DNA of 64,000 nucleotides, from assembly GCF_009914755.1 (NCBI RefSeq), contig NC_060929.1; one strand, given 5' to 3'. Position 1 is the first letter of the stretch. The number at the start of each line of letters is the position of its first letter. The stretch is from the human T2T-CHM13v2.0 reference genome, Homo sapiens. The notes under the pieces are model-generated. The model did not search any database. It was not told the DNA's origin and saw only the letters and a list, made by a program, of their open reading frames with translations. Positions 1 through 16,224 of this stretch are shown here, piece by piece. Both the position numbers and the translations under genes were made by a program.

Positions 1-419
1 GCACTGAATTTTTTGCAATAGTTTTCAATTTTTTGTCTATTTTCCTCTCCTCTTAACACTGTCACTCTCTTCTAAGTAGTTGAATTTGCTTATTAACAAC
101 TGCATGTACCCTGTTTGACAGGTGGTACCTTCCTCCATTTGTATTGCACTTCTCTCTACCCAATGCTAAACCTAATCCTATTTGTACTTCGAAATTCATG
201 TTTTCAAGAGTCACCTATATTCTTTGGACCTTCCTTATGTATTCTTAATATCTATATGTGCCTTTCTTATTTTAAGTACAAGGAGTACACAAAGCAGCAT
301 AAGTAAACTGTGTTGAGTATAGGAGGGAGAATGGAGTACAGAGGACAAAAAGAACAAACTTAATTAGAAAAAGAAAGCCTGGGCTTTGTGTTTTTTATTT
401 TTTTCCTTGAGTCTGAAAC

Positions 420-545
420 AAACTTCATGAACTTGAGGCAATTGCTTTGTGCCTGTTTTTTCATATATAAAATATAGCTGACAATGCCTGCCTTGGTCCT
501 TCATGGAATAGCTGTTAAGAAAAATGTATGGATATATGGTGAAAT
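420..545 (+). mobile_element. MIR SINE relic
   Basis: Degenerate MIR core (acttgaggcaattgctttgtgcctgttttttcatatataaaatata...gctgttaaga). Confidence 0.45.
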
Positions 546-1299
546 GGGTACAAGAAGTAAAATCACTATGAAGAGTTTTAAATTACATTTTTTATGTCCA
601 TATTAAACTTTTTTGGATATACAGTTTTACTTTAAAGTTCATACAGGTCATTTTTCAGTCAATACCTTAGAATGTAGAATGTATTTTCCCGTGAATATAA
701 TTTTGAAATTTTGGTTCTGATAAAAGCCTGTTTAAACTGTATTAGAAATACCACATATATACACATAGCATATATGCATGCATACATATATATGTATATA
801 ACATATTTAGGTATATAACATGATCTATATAGCAAAATGATAGAAAATATTGTTAGTAGGTACTAGAAATGGAAGTTGATAAAACAATAACCTTTATTCA
901 AAATGATATTTCTTAAAAAAAACTGATTACTGGTACTTGAAGAAAAGTGGATGTAATTAGAGGAGTGCAAGATGTAGATACCTTTTGCAGATATTCTAAA
1001 GGAGATTTATGAACACTTAAAATCATTTTAGAAATTTAGAGCCCAAATTCTTAAGACACTGTGATTTCAGAACTTTCTTAATATAAGCGAATAATTATTA
1101 ACAATAATCTTTCTTGTTGTCTTGAAGAAAAATAGCAAAGAAGAGAGAGGGAGGTGTTTTCTAACACATTGATGAGAAGTGGAAGAAGAAAAAAAGGTTT
1201 AAAAATAATAGCTGCCACTTACTGAGGGATTAGAATGAGCCACATAAGTGATTTGCTTGTGCTCTTTACTAATACTTGTTCCATTTGCTTGCTTGCTTT

Positions 1300-2270
1300 T
1301 AAGGTTGACTTTTATCAAGAAATAGTATACATCTTGTTTCAAATGCAGAAATCATGAGTTTACCTTGTAAATTTTCAAAATTTGAACACACACACGTGGT
1401 GTGGAACAAACAACCTGATCAAGAAACAGAAAATTACAAAGAGAAGCTACTCACATGTACCCATCTCACTTCTAACCCCATGCCATGGATAAGCACTGTC
1501 CTGACTTCTGAAACTATAGGTAATTTGGGTTTATTTAAAACATTATATGAATGCCAAGATATAACATACGTTCTTTTGTGTCTTTTTGGCCATTTTGTGA
1601 TAGTTATCACTGATATTGTACATAGTTGCAATACATTCACTTTTACTGCTGTAGAAATGTAGCCTCTGATGAAATGTCTGTCAAGTCTTCTTTTTTATAT
1701 CTTAGCATTTGCAAAATTATGATATTGCTATTTTATAAATGTTATATTTTTAATTTTTGTGAGTACATGGTAGGTATATATATTTATGGGGTACATTAGA
1801 TATTTGTCTTTTTATTATTTTTAATGTACATTAAAATTTTACTTGATTTATAATTTTTATATATATATTCATGTGTATATATATGATCACACATACATAT
1901 ATATATATTTTTTCCCTACTCCATGGTATATATTTTCATTTTGCTTCTGGTATTATCACACTTAAGAAAGCAGAAAGTTTTCTTTATATTGGTGTTTATT
2001 TTATTATGTTTTTATTTTGTGTATTACCTTAATTAAAAAGTAGAACTTTTCATTTTCATTTTATCTATGCTTTGTGCAATTGTTTCCTGCTTAAAAAAAT
2101 GTTGTCTACCTCAAAGTTATGAAGATATTTTGCCATATATCCTTTAGAAGTTTACTTGATTAATTTAGTTTTTCTCATTTAGATGAGCAATCATCTGGAA
2201 TGGATTTGTGTGCATAGTGTGAAATCTATGGCTATGGTTTATATTTTTTCATATTAGAACTTGTATTTTA
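1300..2270 (-). mobile_element. Ancient L1M (L1MD/ME-type) 3' fragments
   Basis: Degenerate antisense L1 3'UTR/ORF2 motifs (cactgtcctgacttctg, catctggaatggatttgtgtgcatagtgtga); boundaries approximate. Confidence 0.45.
1745..1805 (-). mobile_element. Short L1MA/L1PB 3'-terminal fragment
   Basis: tttttaatttttgtgagtacatggtaggtatatatatttatggggtacattagatattt matches the antisense extreme 3' end of L1MA1-3/L1PB-type elements. Confidence 0.6.
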
Positions 2271-2284
2271 TATTGTTGAATTAA

Positions 2285-2580
2285 CATATTAGCACAAAGT
2301 TGATGGCTGAAAACAACAAAATTTATTATCTTACAATGTTCTAGGTTAGAAGTCTATCAGAGGTCTTGTCCAGCTAAAATAAAGTTTTTGGCAAGCAAGG
2401 CTATGTTCCTTTCTGGAGGCTCTAGGGGAGAACACATTTTCTTGTCTTTTCCACCTCTAGAGGCCATGTTTACTCTTTGGCTCATAGCTCCTTCATCTTA
2501 AAGCCAGCATCAATGGGTCAAGTTCTGTGTAGCATTGTTTTTCTGTTAGTTGCATCTCTCTCTGACTCTGACCTTTTCTC
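2285..2580 (-). mobile_element. MLT1 (ERVL-MaLR) LTR fragment
   Basis: aaaacaacaaaatttattatcttaca...gttcctttctggaggctctaggggagaa...aaagccagca, typical MLT1 antisense text. Confidence 0.75.
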
Positions 2581-2582
2581 TC

Positions 2583-2932
2583 TAGGTAGATTTAAAGTTT
2601 TCTGATTGGCAACTGGTTGAAAGAGCTATTATCTAAAGGTCTGGAATCAAATAGAAAATCATATCTGGGTTACAATAGGAATTATGGAGATCAAGGTTTT
2701 ATCATGCAGGTGAAGCCTTCAGGTAGCAGGCTTCAGAGAGAATAGATTGTAAATGTTTCTAACCATACCTAAAGAGTCTGTTCTGTCAGTCTTAAAGTCT
2801 CTGTATTGATATTTGTGAGGCATGTCTGATTCCCACTTCCCATCATGGCCTGAACTAGTCATTCAGGATAATCTGGGGAGGGGAGGGTGCATCAGCCAGT
2901 TTGGGGGTTTAGAATTTTATCTTTGGCTTACA
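2583..2932 (-). mobile_element. MER4-family (ERV1) LTR, partial
   Basis: ttctgattggcaactggttga...gcaggcttcagagagaatagattgtaaatgtttct; ends gggggtttagaattttatctttggcttaca, the reverse complement of the MER4B/D/E start. Confidence 0.75.
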
Positions 2933-3400
2933 TCTTTTACAGATATTTCAAATAAATGGAATCACACAATATGCAGCTTTTGTGTCTGGCTTCTGTCACT
3001 TAGAAATGATGTTTTCAAAGCTTATCCATGTTGTAGCATGTAACAGTATTTCAGTCCTTTTTAGGCCTGGATAATATTCCATTGTTTAGATATATTAATT
3101 TGCTTACTGCTTTAGCAGCTTATGGAAATTTGGTTTGTTTCTGCTTTTTGTCTTTTATGAATAATGCATCTGTGGACATTCATATACAAGTTTTTGTGTG
3201 AACATGTTTTTAACTGTCTTGAGTATATATGTAGGAGTAGAATTGCTGGTTCATATGATAATTCTACATTCAACTTTTTAAGGAACTGCCAAACAATTTA
3301 CAACAGTGGCTGTCCCATTTTACATCCCTATCAACTATGTGTTAGAGTTCTAGTTTCCTCACTGATATTTGGTATCATCTGTCTTGCTGGTTATAGCCAT

Positions 3401-3736
3401 TGTCTTAGTCTGTTTCCTGCTAATATACCAGAATGTAACAGATCTGGTAATTTATAAAGAAAATAAGTTTATTTGGCTCATGGTTCCAGAGGCTGGAAAT
3501 TCCAAGAGCATGGTGCTGATACCTGGTAATGATCATCTCATGGTGGAAGTTGGCACATAAGACAGAAAAAAAGAGCCTGCTATTACTAACCCACTCCTGC
3601 AATAACAGCATTAATCCATGTATGAGGGTAGAGTTCTCATGGCATAATAACCTCCCAAAGGCAGCACCTCTTAACACTAATTTAATAGCAATTAAATCTC
3701 ATCATGAGTTTTAGCAAAGACATTCACGTCATAGTA
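3401..3736 (-). mobile_element. MST (ERVL-MaLR) solo LTR
   Basis: Starts tgtcttagtc, ends catagta; 5-bp TSD gccat at 3396-3400 and 3737-3741. Confidence 0.85.
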
Positions 3737-3973
3737 GCCATCCTAGTGGATGTGAAGTGATATCTCATTGTGGTTTTGATTTGCATTTCCCTAATGACTA
3801 ATGATGTTGAGCTTATTTTTATGTATGGACTGGCAATTTGTGTATATTCTCTGAAGAAATGTCTATTTAAATCCTTTAACCATTTTTTTAAGTGGACAGT
3901 TTGCTCTTTCACTATTGAGTTGGAAGAGTTCTTTATGTATTCTAAATACAAGTCCCTAATCAGATATATGATT

Positions 3974-4019
3974 TCCAAGTATTTTCTCCCAATCTGTCCA
4001 AGTATTTTCTCCCAATCTG
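3974..4019. repeat. 23-bp perfect tandem duplication
   Basis: tccaagtattttctcccaatctg x2. Confidence 0.9.
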
Positions 4020-4028
4020 TGGGTTTTT

Positions 4029-6074
4029 AAAAATTTATTTTTAATTGAGAAATAATAATGTTCATTTATGCAACACAGTGTGATGTTTTGATCTATGTAC
4101 ACATTATAGAAAAAAAGTTGACCAAGCTAATTAATATATTCATCACCTCACAAACTTATTTTTTGTGTGTAGTGAGAACATTAAATATCTATTCTTTTAA
4201 AAATGTTGAAATGTGCTTTATTATTAACTGTGGTCATCATGCAGTGCAATAAGTCACTAAAGCTTATTCTAGCAAACTTTCTACCCTTTGATCAGCATCT
4301 CCCCTTTTCCTGTCACTCTCCCTCCATCCTAGCCTCTGGTAACCACCTTTCTACCCTCTGTTTCTATGAGATTAATTTTTTTAGATTCCACATATAAGAG
4401 AGATCATATGCTATGTGTCTTTCTGGGTTATTTCACTTGGCATAATATTCTCCAGTTTTATCTATGTTATCATGAATGATACAATTTTCTTCTTTTTAAA
4501 GGCTGTACAATATCCCATTGTGTGTATATGCCATATTTTCTTTATTCATTCTTCTGTTGGACTTTTAGGTTGCTCTGATATCATGACTATTGTGACTAAT
4601 GCTGGAATGAACATGCTAGTGGAGCTATCTCTTTAACATACCTATTTCACTTCCTTTGGCTATGTACCCAGAAGCTGGATTGCTGGATTATACAGTGATT
4701 CTATTTATAGTTGTTTGAGAAATCTCCATACTATTTTCCAAAGTGGCTATATTTATTTGCATTCCCACTAAGACTGCACAAGGTTTCCCTTTTGCTCACA
4801 TCATCACAAACATTTATTATTACTTGTATTTTTAATAATAGTCATTGTAACAGGTGTAAAGAGATAACCTTATTGTACTTCTAATTTGTATTACTCTGAT
4901 GATTAGTAATGCTGAACATTTTTTTATGTCTGTTGGAAACTCATATCTCATGTTTTGAGAATTTTCTGTTCAGATCCTCTGCCCATTTTCAATTTTTTTT
5001 CTTGCTATTCAGTTGTTTGAGTTTCTTATATATTTTGGATATTGGTCCATTATCAGATGTATGATTTGAAAATATTTTCTCCCAATCCATGGGTTGTATC
5101 TTCATTCTGCCAATTATTTTCTTTGTTGTGCAAAAGTAGTTTTACTTTGATAGAGTTCCATTGTTTATTTTTGCTTTTATTGCCTGTGCTCTTGGAATCC
5201 TATTGAAGAAATCATCACACAAACGGATGTCATAGAAATTTTCCTCTACATTTTCTTCTAGAAGCTTTAGAATTTCAAGTCTTTCTTAAGTCTTTTGTTC
5301 ATTTTAGTTGAGATTTTGTAATTTTGTATATGGTGTGAGATAAGGGTCCAACTTAATCCTTCTGCTGTGGGTATCCAGTTTTCCCAACACCACTTACTAA
5401 AGAGAGTCTTTCCCCCATTGTTTTCTTGGCAGCTTTCTCAAAAATCAATTGACCATATATTATTGGGTTTATTTCTGGGCTTTCTATCTTGTTCCATTGG
5501 TTGATGTGTCTGTGTTTATGCTAGTACCATGCTGTTTTAATTACAATGACTTTATATTTTGAAATCAGAAATTTTAACGTCTTTAGCTGTGTTCTTTTCT
5601 CTCAGGATTGCTTTGGCTCTTTGACGTCTTTTCTATTTCCATATGAATTTTAGGATTTAATTTTTATTCCTGTGAAAACTGATGCTGGAATTTTGATAGA
5701 AATTTCATTGAACCCGTAGATCGCTTTGAGTAACATGAACATTTTAACAATATTAATTTTTTCATGAGTATATTTCCATTTATTTGTGTCTTCAATTTCT
5801 TATACTTCTCAGTGTACAGGTTATTCACAAATTAAATTGGTAGGTGGTAGGTGGGTAACCTCCCTTTCCTCTGCTCCAATCCTGGGTGAGTGCTTGTCTT
5901 GTCTTGCCTCACTCCTCTCTGCTCTCTATGGGTCACTAATACTTCATTGATGAATCACAATATGGCTTCCCAGATAATCCTCTTGAAGAGCTAGTGTTTA
6001 CTCATCACTCTATCTCCTCTCCGTGACAGTGGTATACACAAGCTGCTTCTAGTCAGCCATCTTGGCACCTCTCC
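4029..6074 (-). mobile_element. L1MA-type element: 3'UTR and late ORF2 (4029-~5830) joined to an L1 5'UTR head (~5835-6074)
   Basis: Antisense L1MA 3' end (ttaattgagaaataat...accaagctaattaatatattcatcacctca); the minus strand starts ggagaggtgccaagatggctgactagaagcag, an L1 5' terminus with YY1 motif. Confidence 0.7.
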
Positions 6075-6114
6075 CTCGATGGTGTCTTTTGATGCAGAGA
6101 AATTTAACATTTTG

Positions 6115-6410
6115 GGCTGAGCGCGGTGTCTCATACCTGTAATCCCAGCACTTTGGGAGGCCGAGGCGGGTGGATAACCTGAGATTAGGTGTTCGAGACC
6201 AGCCTGACCAACATGGAGAAACCCTGTCCCTACTAAAAATAGAAAATTATCTGAGCGTGGTGGCACATGTCTGTAATCCCAGCTGCTTGGGAGGGTCATG
6301 CAGGAGAATCGCTTGAAACTGGAGGCGGAGGTTGCCGTGAGCTGAGATCCCGCCATTGCACTCCAGCCTGGGCAACAAGAGTGAAACTCCGTCTCCAAAA
6401 AAAAAAAAAA
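6115..6410 (+). mobile_element. AluSp
   Basis: Full Alu dimer with gcctgaccaacatggagaaacc and caacaagagtgaaactcc; TSD ttaacattttg at 6104-6114 and 6411-6421. Confidence 0.9.
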
Positions 6411-9400
6411 TTAACATTTTGATAATATTCACTGTATCAATTTTATTTCTTTAGTTGCTTAAGCTTTTGCTGTTACAACTAAGAAACTGCTGCCTAAATT
6501 ACAGTAACACAGATTTATAGCTAAGTTTCCTTCTAAGAGTTTTATAGTTCTAGTTGTTTAATTTAGCCCTGTAAATTTGAGCTAATTTTTATACATAGTG
6601 TGAGGTAAAAGTCCAAATTCTTTTGCATCTGGATATTCAGTTGTCTCATTATCATGTGTTGAGAAGATGATTCTTTCCCCCATTGAATGGTTTTGGCACT
6701 ATTAGAAATATTTAGTTGACCATGGATGTATGGGTTTATTTCTTAATTCTCAATTTTATTACATTGGTCACTATGCCTGTTCTTTTGGCACTACTACACT
6801 GTCTTGATTACTACAACTTTGTGGTAAGTCTTGAAATATGGAATTGTAAGTTAACATTTTCAGTGCTATTTTGGTTATCCAGGGCCCCTTGCATTTTCAT
6901 ATAAATTTTATTATGGTCTTGTTTACTTCTGAAAAAACAAAATTGTAGATTTAATAAGAAATTCACTGAACCTGCAGATCCAGTTGGGGAGTACTGCTAC
7001 CTCAATAATATTAAATCTTCTATCCCATGTACATGAAATATCCATTTATTTAAATCTGCCTCAATTTATTTTGACACTTATTTGTAGGTTTCAGTGTAAA
7101 AGTATTGTACTTTATCTTTAAAATATAGTTTTAAATTATTTTTGATGTTAGTGGAATTGTTTTTTCAATTTTCTTTTCAGATTATTCATTTCTAGTGTAT
7201 AGAAATACAACTAGTTTTAGGGAGACTGATGTCAGAAAGATGATGGAACAGGAGGTCTCCTGTTTGTATCCCCCACAACAATAATTTGTCAGTGACACGG
7301 GAACAAAAATGGTTTGTTATAGCTTTGAGATCCAGGTAGGAGGTTACAATACCTTAGTAGAGTCAAAGACATAAGAGGGTCACTTTTGAAAAGGCAGGCT
7401 TGGACCTGCACAGAAGGATTGCCCACAGTAGTCTCAGATGCAGACCTGGAAACAGTCCTGTACCCCCATGGACTCAGCTACAGTCTTGTCACCTGGGCAT
7501 TCCACAAAGGGAGCTGGCCGGAGGCATATCTGCTTGTGCCTTGGGGAACAGGCTTGTTAATCTTGGTACCAGCTGTGGATTCTGAAGTGGCCTGTAAACC
7601 AAGTCCACCTCCCAGCTGTGGTCTGGAAGTATCCTGCTTGCTAAGAATCCAGAAGGAGATACAACCATCCTTGAACTGGAGACAGGCTTGCCAACCTAAT
7701 TTGACTGCAGATTTGAAACCTGCCCTATGACTTGGTTCTAGCCCTTTTCAGTTGGAGTCTACTGCCTTCCTGAGGGCTCAGTGGAGAGTGCATGGAGAGG
7801 CACGTTCCCCACTGAGCCCTAAAGAAGGACTGAGCCAAAGGCAGGGATGCCAATGGAGGTTCCACTGCAGATCCTGAAGTGGCCCTGTGACCTAGTACTG
7901 GCTGCACTCCACTGAGGTCTGGGGCCAGTCCTGCTGCCCAGGAATCTAGAAAGAGGCATACCCATCCCCAAAGACAGGCCTGTACGTATCAGTACCAGCT
8001 GTCAACACTGAAGCAGCCCTGTGATTCCATTGTCACCCATCAGCCACACTGCAGGACCACTCTGATTGTCCGTGGATGTACCCAGTGACCCAGTATGAGC
8101 CACCCCCATCTGCATAACTGGTATCAGGCCCACTATCTGTGGATTCAAATGTTGACCCTGAAATGGACACTTTCCCCAGCACTAGCCTTACTGACCAATG
8201 TCCTGGAGACACTTTGATCTACTCAGAGACCACGCAGGATCCACAATTGCCTGATGACAAGCCTATGAACCATAGACTTCATTGCAGACCCAGAAGCAGC
8301 CACATAACATAACCTAACCACAAAGCCACTTTATTGCATTCCCAAGAGGCAATTTCTTAAGTAAGGGGACCTGATAGAATAAGGTCATTATCTGCAGGAA
8401 CCAGACTATAAGAAATAGAGTTGTTTGCTTCTTCAAATGCATGAACACTGATGATGCAAGCCTACATGAATCACAAAGAATCAAGCAAATATGACACCAC
8501 AAAAAGAACAGAGCTCCAGTAGCCAACATGAAAAATTGAAGATCTACAAATTGCCTGACAAATAATTCGAAGTATTCATTTTAAATATGCTCAATGAGAT
8601 GTAAGAAAACACAAATAGAAAACCAAACAAAATCAGGAAAATGATTTAGGGAAAAAGAGAAATGTAGTGAAGAAATAAACACCATAAAGAAGAATCAAAC
8701 AGAAATCCCAAAGCTGCAGAATACACTGACAGAACTGAAAAAAAAATGATAGAAAGCTTGAACATCATACTTGATCATGAAGAAGAATGGATCAGTGAAT
8801 AGAAGGACAGGTCATTTGAAATTAGCCCCTTAGAGGAACAAAAAGAAAAAAATGAAAAAGAGTCAAGAAAGCATATGGGACATATGGGAACCACCCAACA
8901 AATGAATATATGCATTAGAAGAGTTCCAGAAATATGCTAGAAAGAGAAAAAATGTAGAAACCTCATTTAAAGAAAAACATGGCCACTTTCCAACTTTCCA
9001 AAATCTTGGGAGCAATACTAAATGTAGATTCATGAAGCTTTCAGATCCCCACTCTATATTAATCAAAAGAAGATTACTCAGAGACACCTTACAATCAGAT
9101 TGTCAAAAGTTATGATAAAGAGAATTTTGAAAACAGTGAAAGAAAAGTGATTTACCACATACACAGGAGCATCTATTAGGCTATAAGTGAATTTCTCTGT
9201 AGAAACTTTGCAGGCCATGGGGAGCGGAATAATATATTAAATGGACTGAAAAACAAAACAAAAACTGCCAACTAAGAATATTATAATCAGCAAAGATGCC
9301 CTTCAGAAATAAGGAAAGATAATGATATTCTAAGACAAATAAAAGCTGAGGGAATATATCACCACTAAATGTGTTTTACAGGAAACACTGAAGAGAGTTC

Positions 9401-10693
9401 CTCAAGCTGAAACAAAAGGATGCTAAGTAATAAAATGAAAACTTATAAAATGAAAACATATAATAGTAAGGTAAACTTGAATTCAGAATACTTTAATACT
9501 ATAATAGCTGTACATAAGTCACTTTTAACTCTCGTATAAAAGTTAAAAGCCAAAAGAATAAATAACTGTAGTTATGATAATTTGTTAAAAGGTACACAAC
9601 ATAAAATGTGTAAAATATAACACCAATAGCATACAATATGTGTTTGGTGGGTGGAGGAGTAAAATGTAGAGTTTTTATACATGAATAAGTGTTTATTTTA
9701 AAATACATTTTTACAACTAAAAATATTTTATGTAAGCCTCATGGTAGCCACAGAGGAAAACAAAATAGGAAGTACACAAAAGATAAAGAGAAAGCAGAAG
9801 ATGGCCGAATAGGAACAGCTCCGGTCTGCAGCTCCCAGCGTGAGCGACGCAGAAGACGGGTGATTTCTGCATTTCCATCTGAGTTACCGGGTTCATCTCA
9901 CTAGGGAGTGCCAGACAGTGGGCACAGGTCAGTGGGTGTGTGCACCGTGCACGAGCCGAAGAAGGGCGAGGCATTGCCTCACTTGGAAAGGGCAAGGGGT
10001 TAGGGAGTTCCCTTTCTGAGTCAAAGAAAGGGGTGATGGACAGCACCTGGAAAATCGGGTCACTCCCACCCGAATACTGAGCTTTTCCGACGGGCTTAAA
10101 AAACAGCGCACCACGAGATTATATCCCACACCTGGCTCGGAGGGTCCTATGCCCATGGAGTCTCACTGATTGCTAGCACAGCAGTCTGAGATCAAACTGC
10201 AAGGTGGCAGCAAGGCTGGGGGAGGGGGTGCCCGCCATTGCCCAGGCTTGCTTAGGTAAACAAAGCAGCCTGGAAGCTCGAACTGGGTGGAGCCCACCAC
10301 AGCTCAAGGAGGCCTGCCTGCCTCTGTAGGCTCCACCTCTGGGGGCAGGGCACAGACAAACAAAAAGACAGCAGTAACCTCTGCAGACTTAAATGTCCCT
10401 GTCTGACAGCTTTGAAGAGAGCAGTGGTTCTCCCAGCACGCAGCTGGAGATCTGAGAACGGGCAGACTGCCTCCTCAAGTGGGTCCCTGACAGCTGACCC
10501 CCGAGCAGCCTAACTGGGAGGCAACCCCCAGCAGGGGCACACTGACACCTCACACGGCAGGGTATTCCAACAGACTTGCAGCTGAGGGTCCTATCTGTTA
10601 GAAGGAAAACTAAAAAAGAGAAAGGACATCCACACCAAAAACCCATCTGTACATCACCATCATCAAAGAACAAAAGTAGATAAAACCACAAAG

Positions 10694-11714
10694 ATGGGGA
10701 AAAAACAGAACAGAAAAACTGGAAACTCTAAAAAGCAGAGCGCCTCTCCTCCTCCAAAGGAACGCAGTTCCTCACCAGCAACGGAACAAAGCTGGATGGA
10801 GAATGACTTTGAGGAGCTGAGAGAAGAAGGCGTCAGATGATCATATTACTCTGAGCTACGGGAGGACATTCAAACCAAAGGCAAAGAAGTTGAAAACTAA
10901 CTTTGAAAAAAATTTAGAAGAATGTATAACTAGAAAAACCAAAACAGAGAAGTGCTTAAAGGAGCTGATGGAGCTGAAAACCAAGGCTCGAGAACTACGT
11001 GAAGAATGCAGAAGCCTCAGGAGCCGATGCGATCAACTGGAAGAAAGGGTATCAGCAATGGAAGATGAAATGAATGAAATGAAGCGAGAAGGGAAGTTTA
11101 GAGAAAAAAGAATAAAAAGAAATGAGCAAAGCCTCCAAGAAATATGGGACTATGTGAAAAGACCAAATCTACGTCTGATTGGTGTACCTGAAAGTGATGG
11201 GGAGAATGGAACCAAGTTGGAAAACACTCTGCAGGATATTATCGAGGAGAACTTCCCCAATCTAGCAAGGCAGGCCAACGTTCAGATTCAGGAAATACAG
11301 AGAACGCCACAAAGATACTCCTCGAGAAGAGCAACTCCAAGACACATAATTGTCAGATTCACCAAAGTTGAAATGAAGGAAAAAATGTTAAGGGCAGCCA
11401 GAGAGAAAGGTCGGGTTACCCTCAAAGGGAAGCCCATCAGACTAACAGCGGATCTCTCGGCAGAAACCCTACAAGCCAGAAGAGAGTGGGGGCCAATATT
11501 CAACATTCTTAAAGAAAAGAATTTTCAACCCAGAATTTCATATCCAGCCAAACTAAGCTTCATAAGTGAAGGAGAAATAAAATACTTTACAGACAAGCAA
11601 ATGCTGAGAGATTTTGTCACCACCAGGCCTGCCTTACAAGAGCTCCTGAAGGAAGCACTAAACATGGAAAGGAACAACCAGTACCAGCCGCTGCAAAATC
11701 ATGTCAAAATGTAA
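10694..11714 (+). pseudogene. L1 ORF1p, disrupted (TGA at 10838 and 4-bp insertion near 10898)
   Basis: Starts MGKKQNRK at 10694; the rest is ORF 10890..11714 (RLIGVPE, RATPRHIIVRF, YPAKLS). Confidence 0.9.
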
Positions 11715-11777
11715 AGACTATCGAGACTAGGAAGAAACTGCATCAACTAACGAGCAAAATAACCAGCTAACATCATC

Positions 11778-15923
<4,146 letters not shown>

Positions 15924-16136
15924 ACAATGAGATCACATGGACACAGGAAGGGGAATATCACACTCTGAGGGCTGTTGTGGGGTGGGGGGAGGGGGGAGGG
16001 ATAGCATCGGGAGATATACCTAATGCTAGATGATGAGTTAGTGGGTGCAGCACACCAGCATGGCACATGTATACATATGTAACTAACCTGCACAATGTGC
16101 ACATGTACCCTAAAACTTAAAGTATAATAAAAAAAA

Positions 16137-16211
16137 GAGAGAAAATTTAACAGCAATTAGGTTTTTACAAGGTGATATGCAATTAAATTTAGCTTATTTT
16201 AAAAGAAAAAA
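16137..16211 (+). other. L1 3' transduced sequence with its own ATTAAA signal and second A-tail
   Basis: About 65 bp of non-L1 sequence between the L1 tail and a second A-run (16201 onward), inside the TSD pair; attaaa at 16182-16187. Confidence 0.75.
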
Positions 16212-16224
16212 AAAGAGAAAGGAA

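Larger units (their letters stand above)
2933..7218 (-). mobile_element. Old L1M (L1MB-type), 3'UTR to ORF2, interrupted by MST, L1MA and AluSp; resumes at 28891
   Basis: Antisense L1 ORF2/3'UTR text reads on across the inserts (3400/3737, 4028/6075, 6114/6422); ORF 3724..3978(-) gives [12 protein letters not shown]. Confidence 0.75.

Noticed and set aside
15978-16000. G-quadruplex motif
   Set aside because: Standard G-rich tract of the L1PA 3'UTR, present in all such copies.
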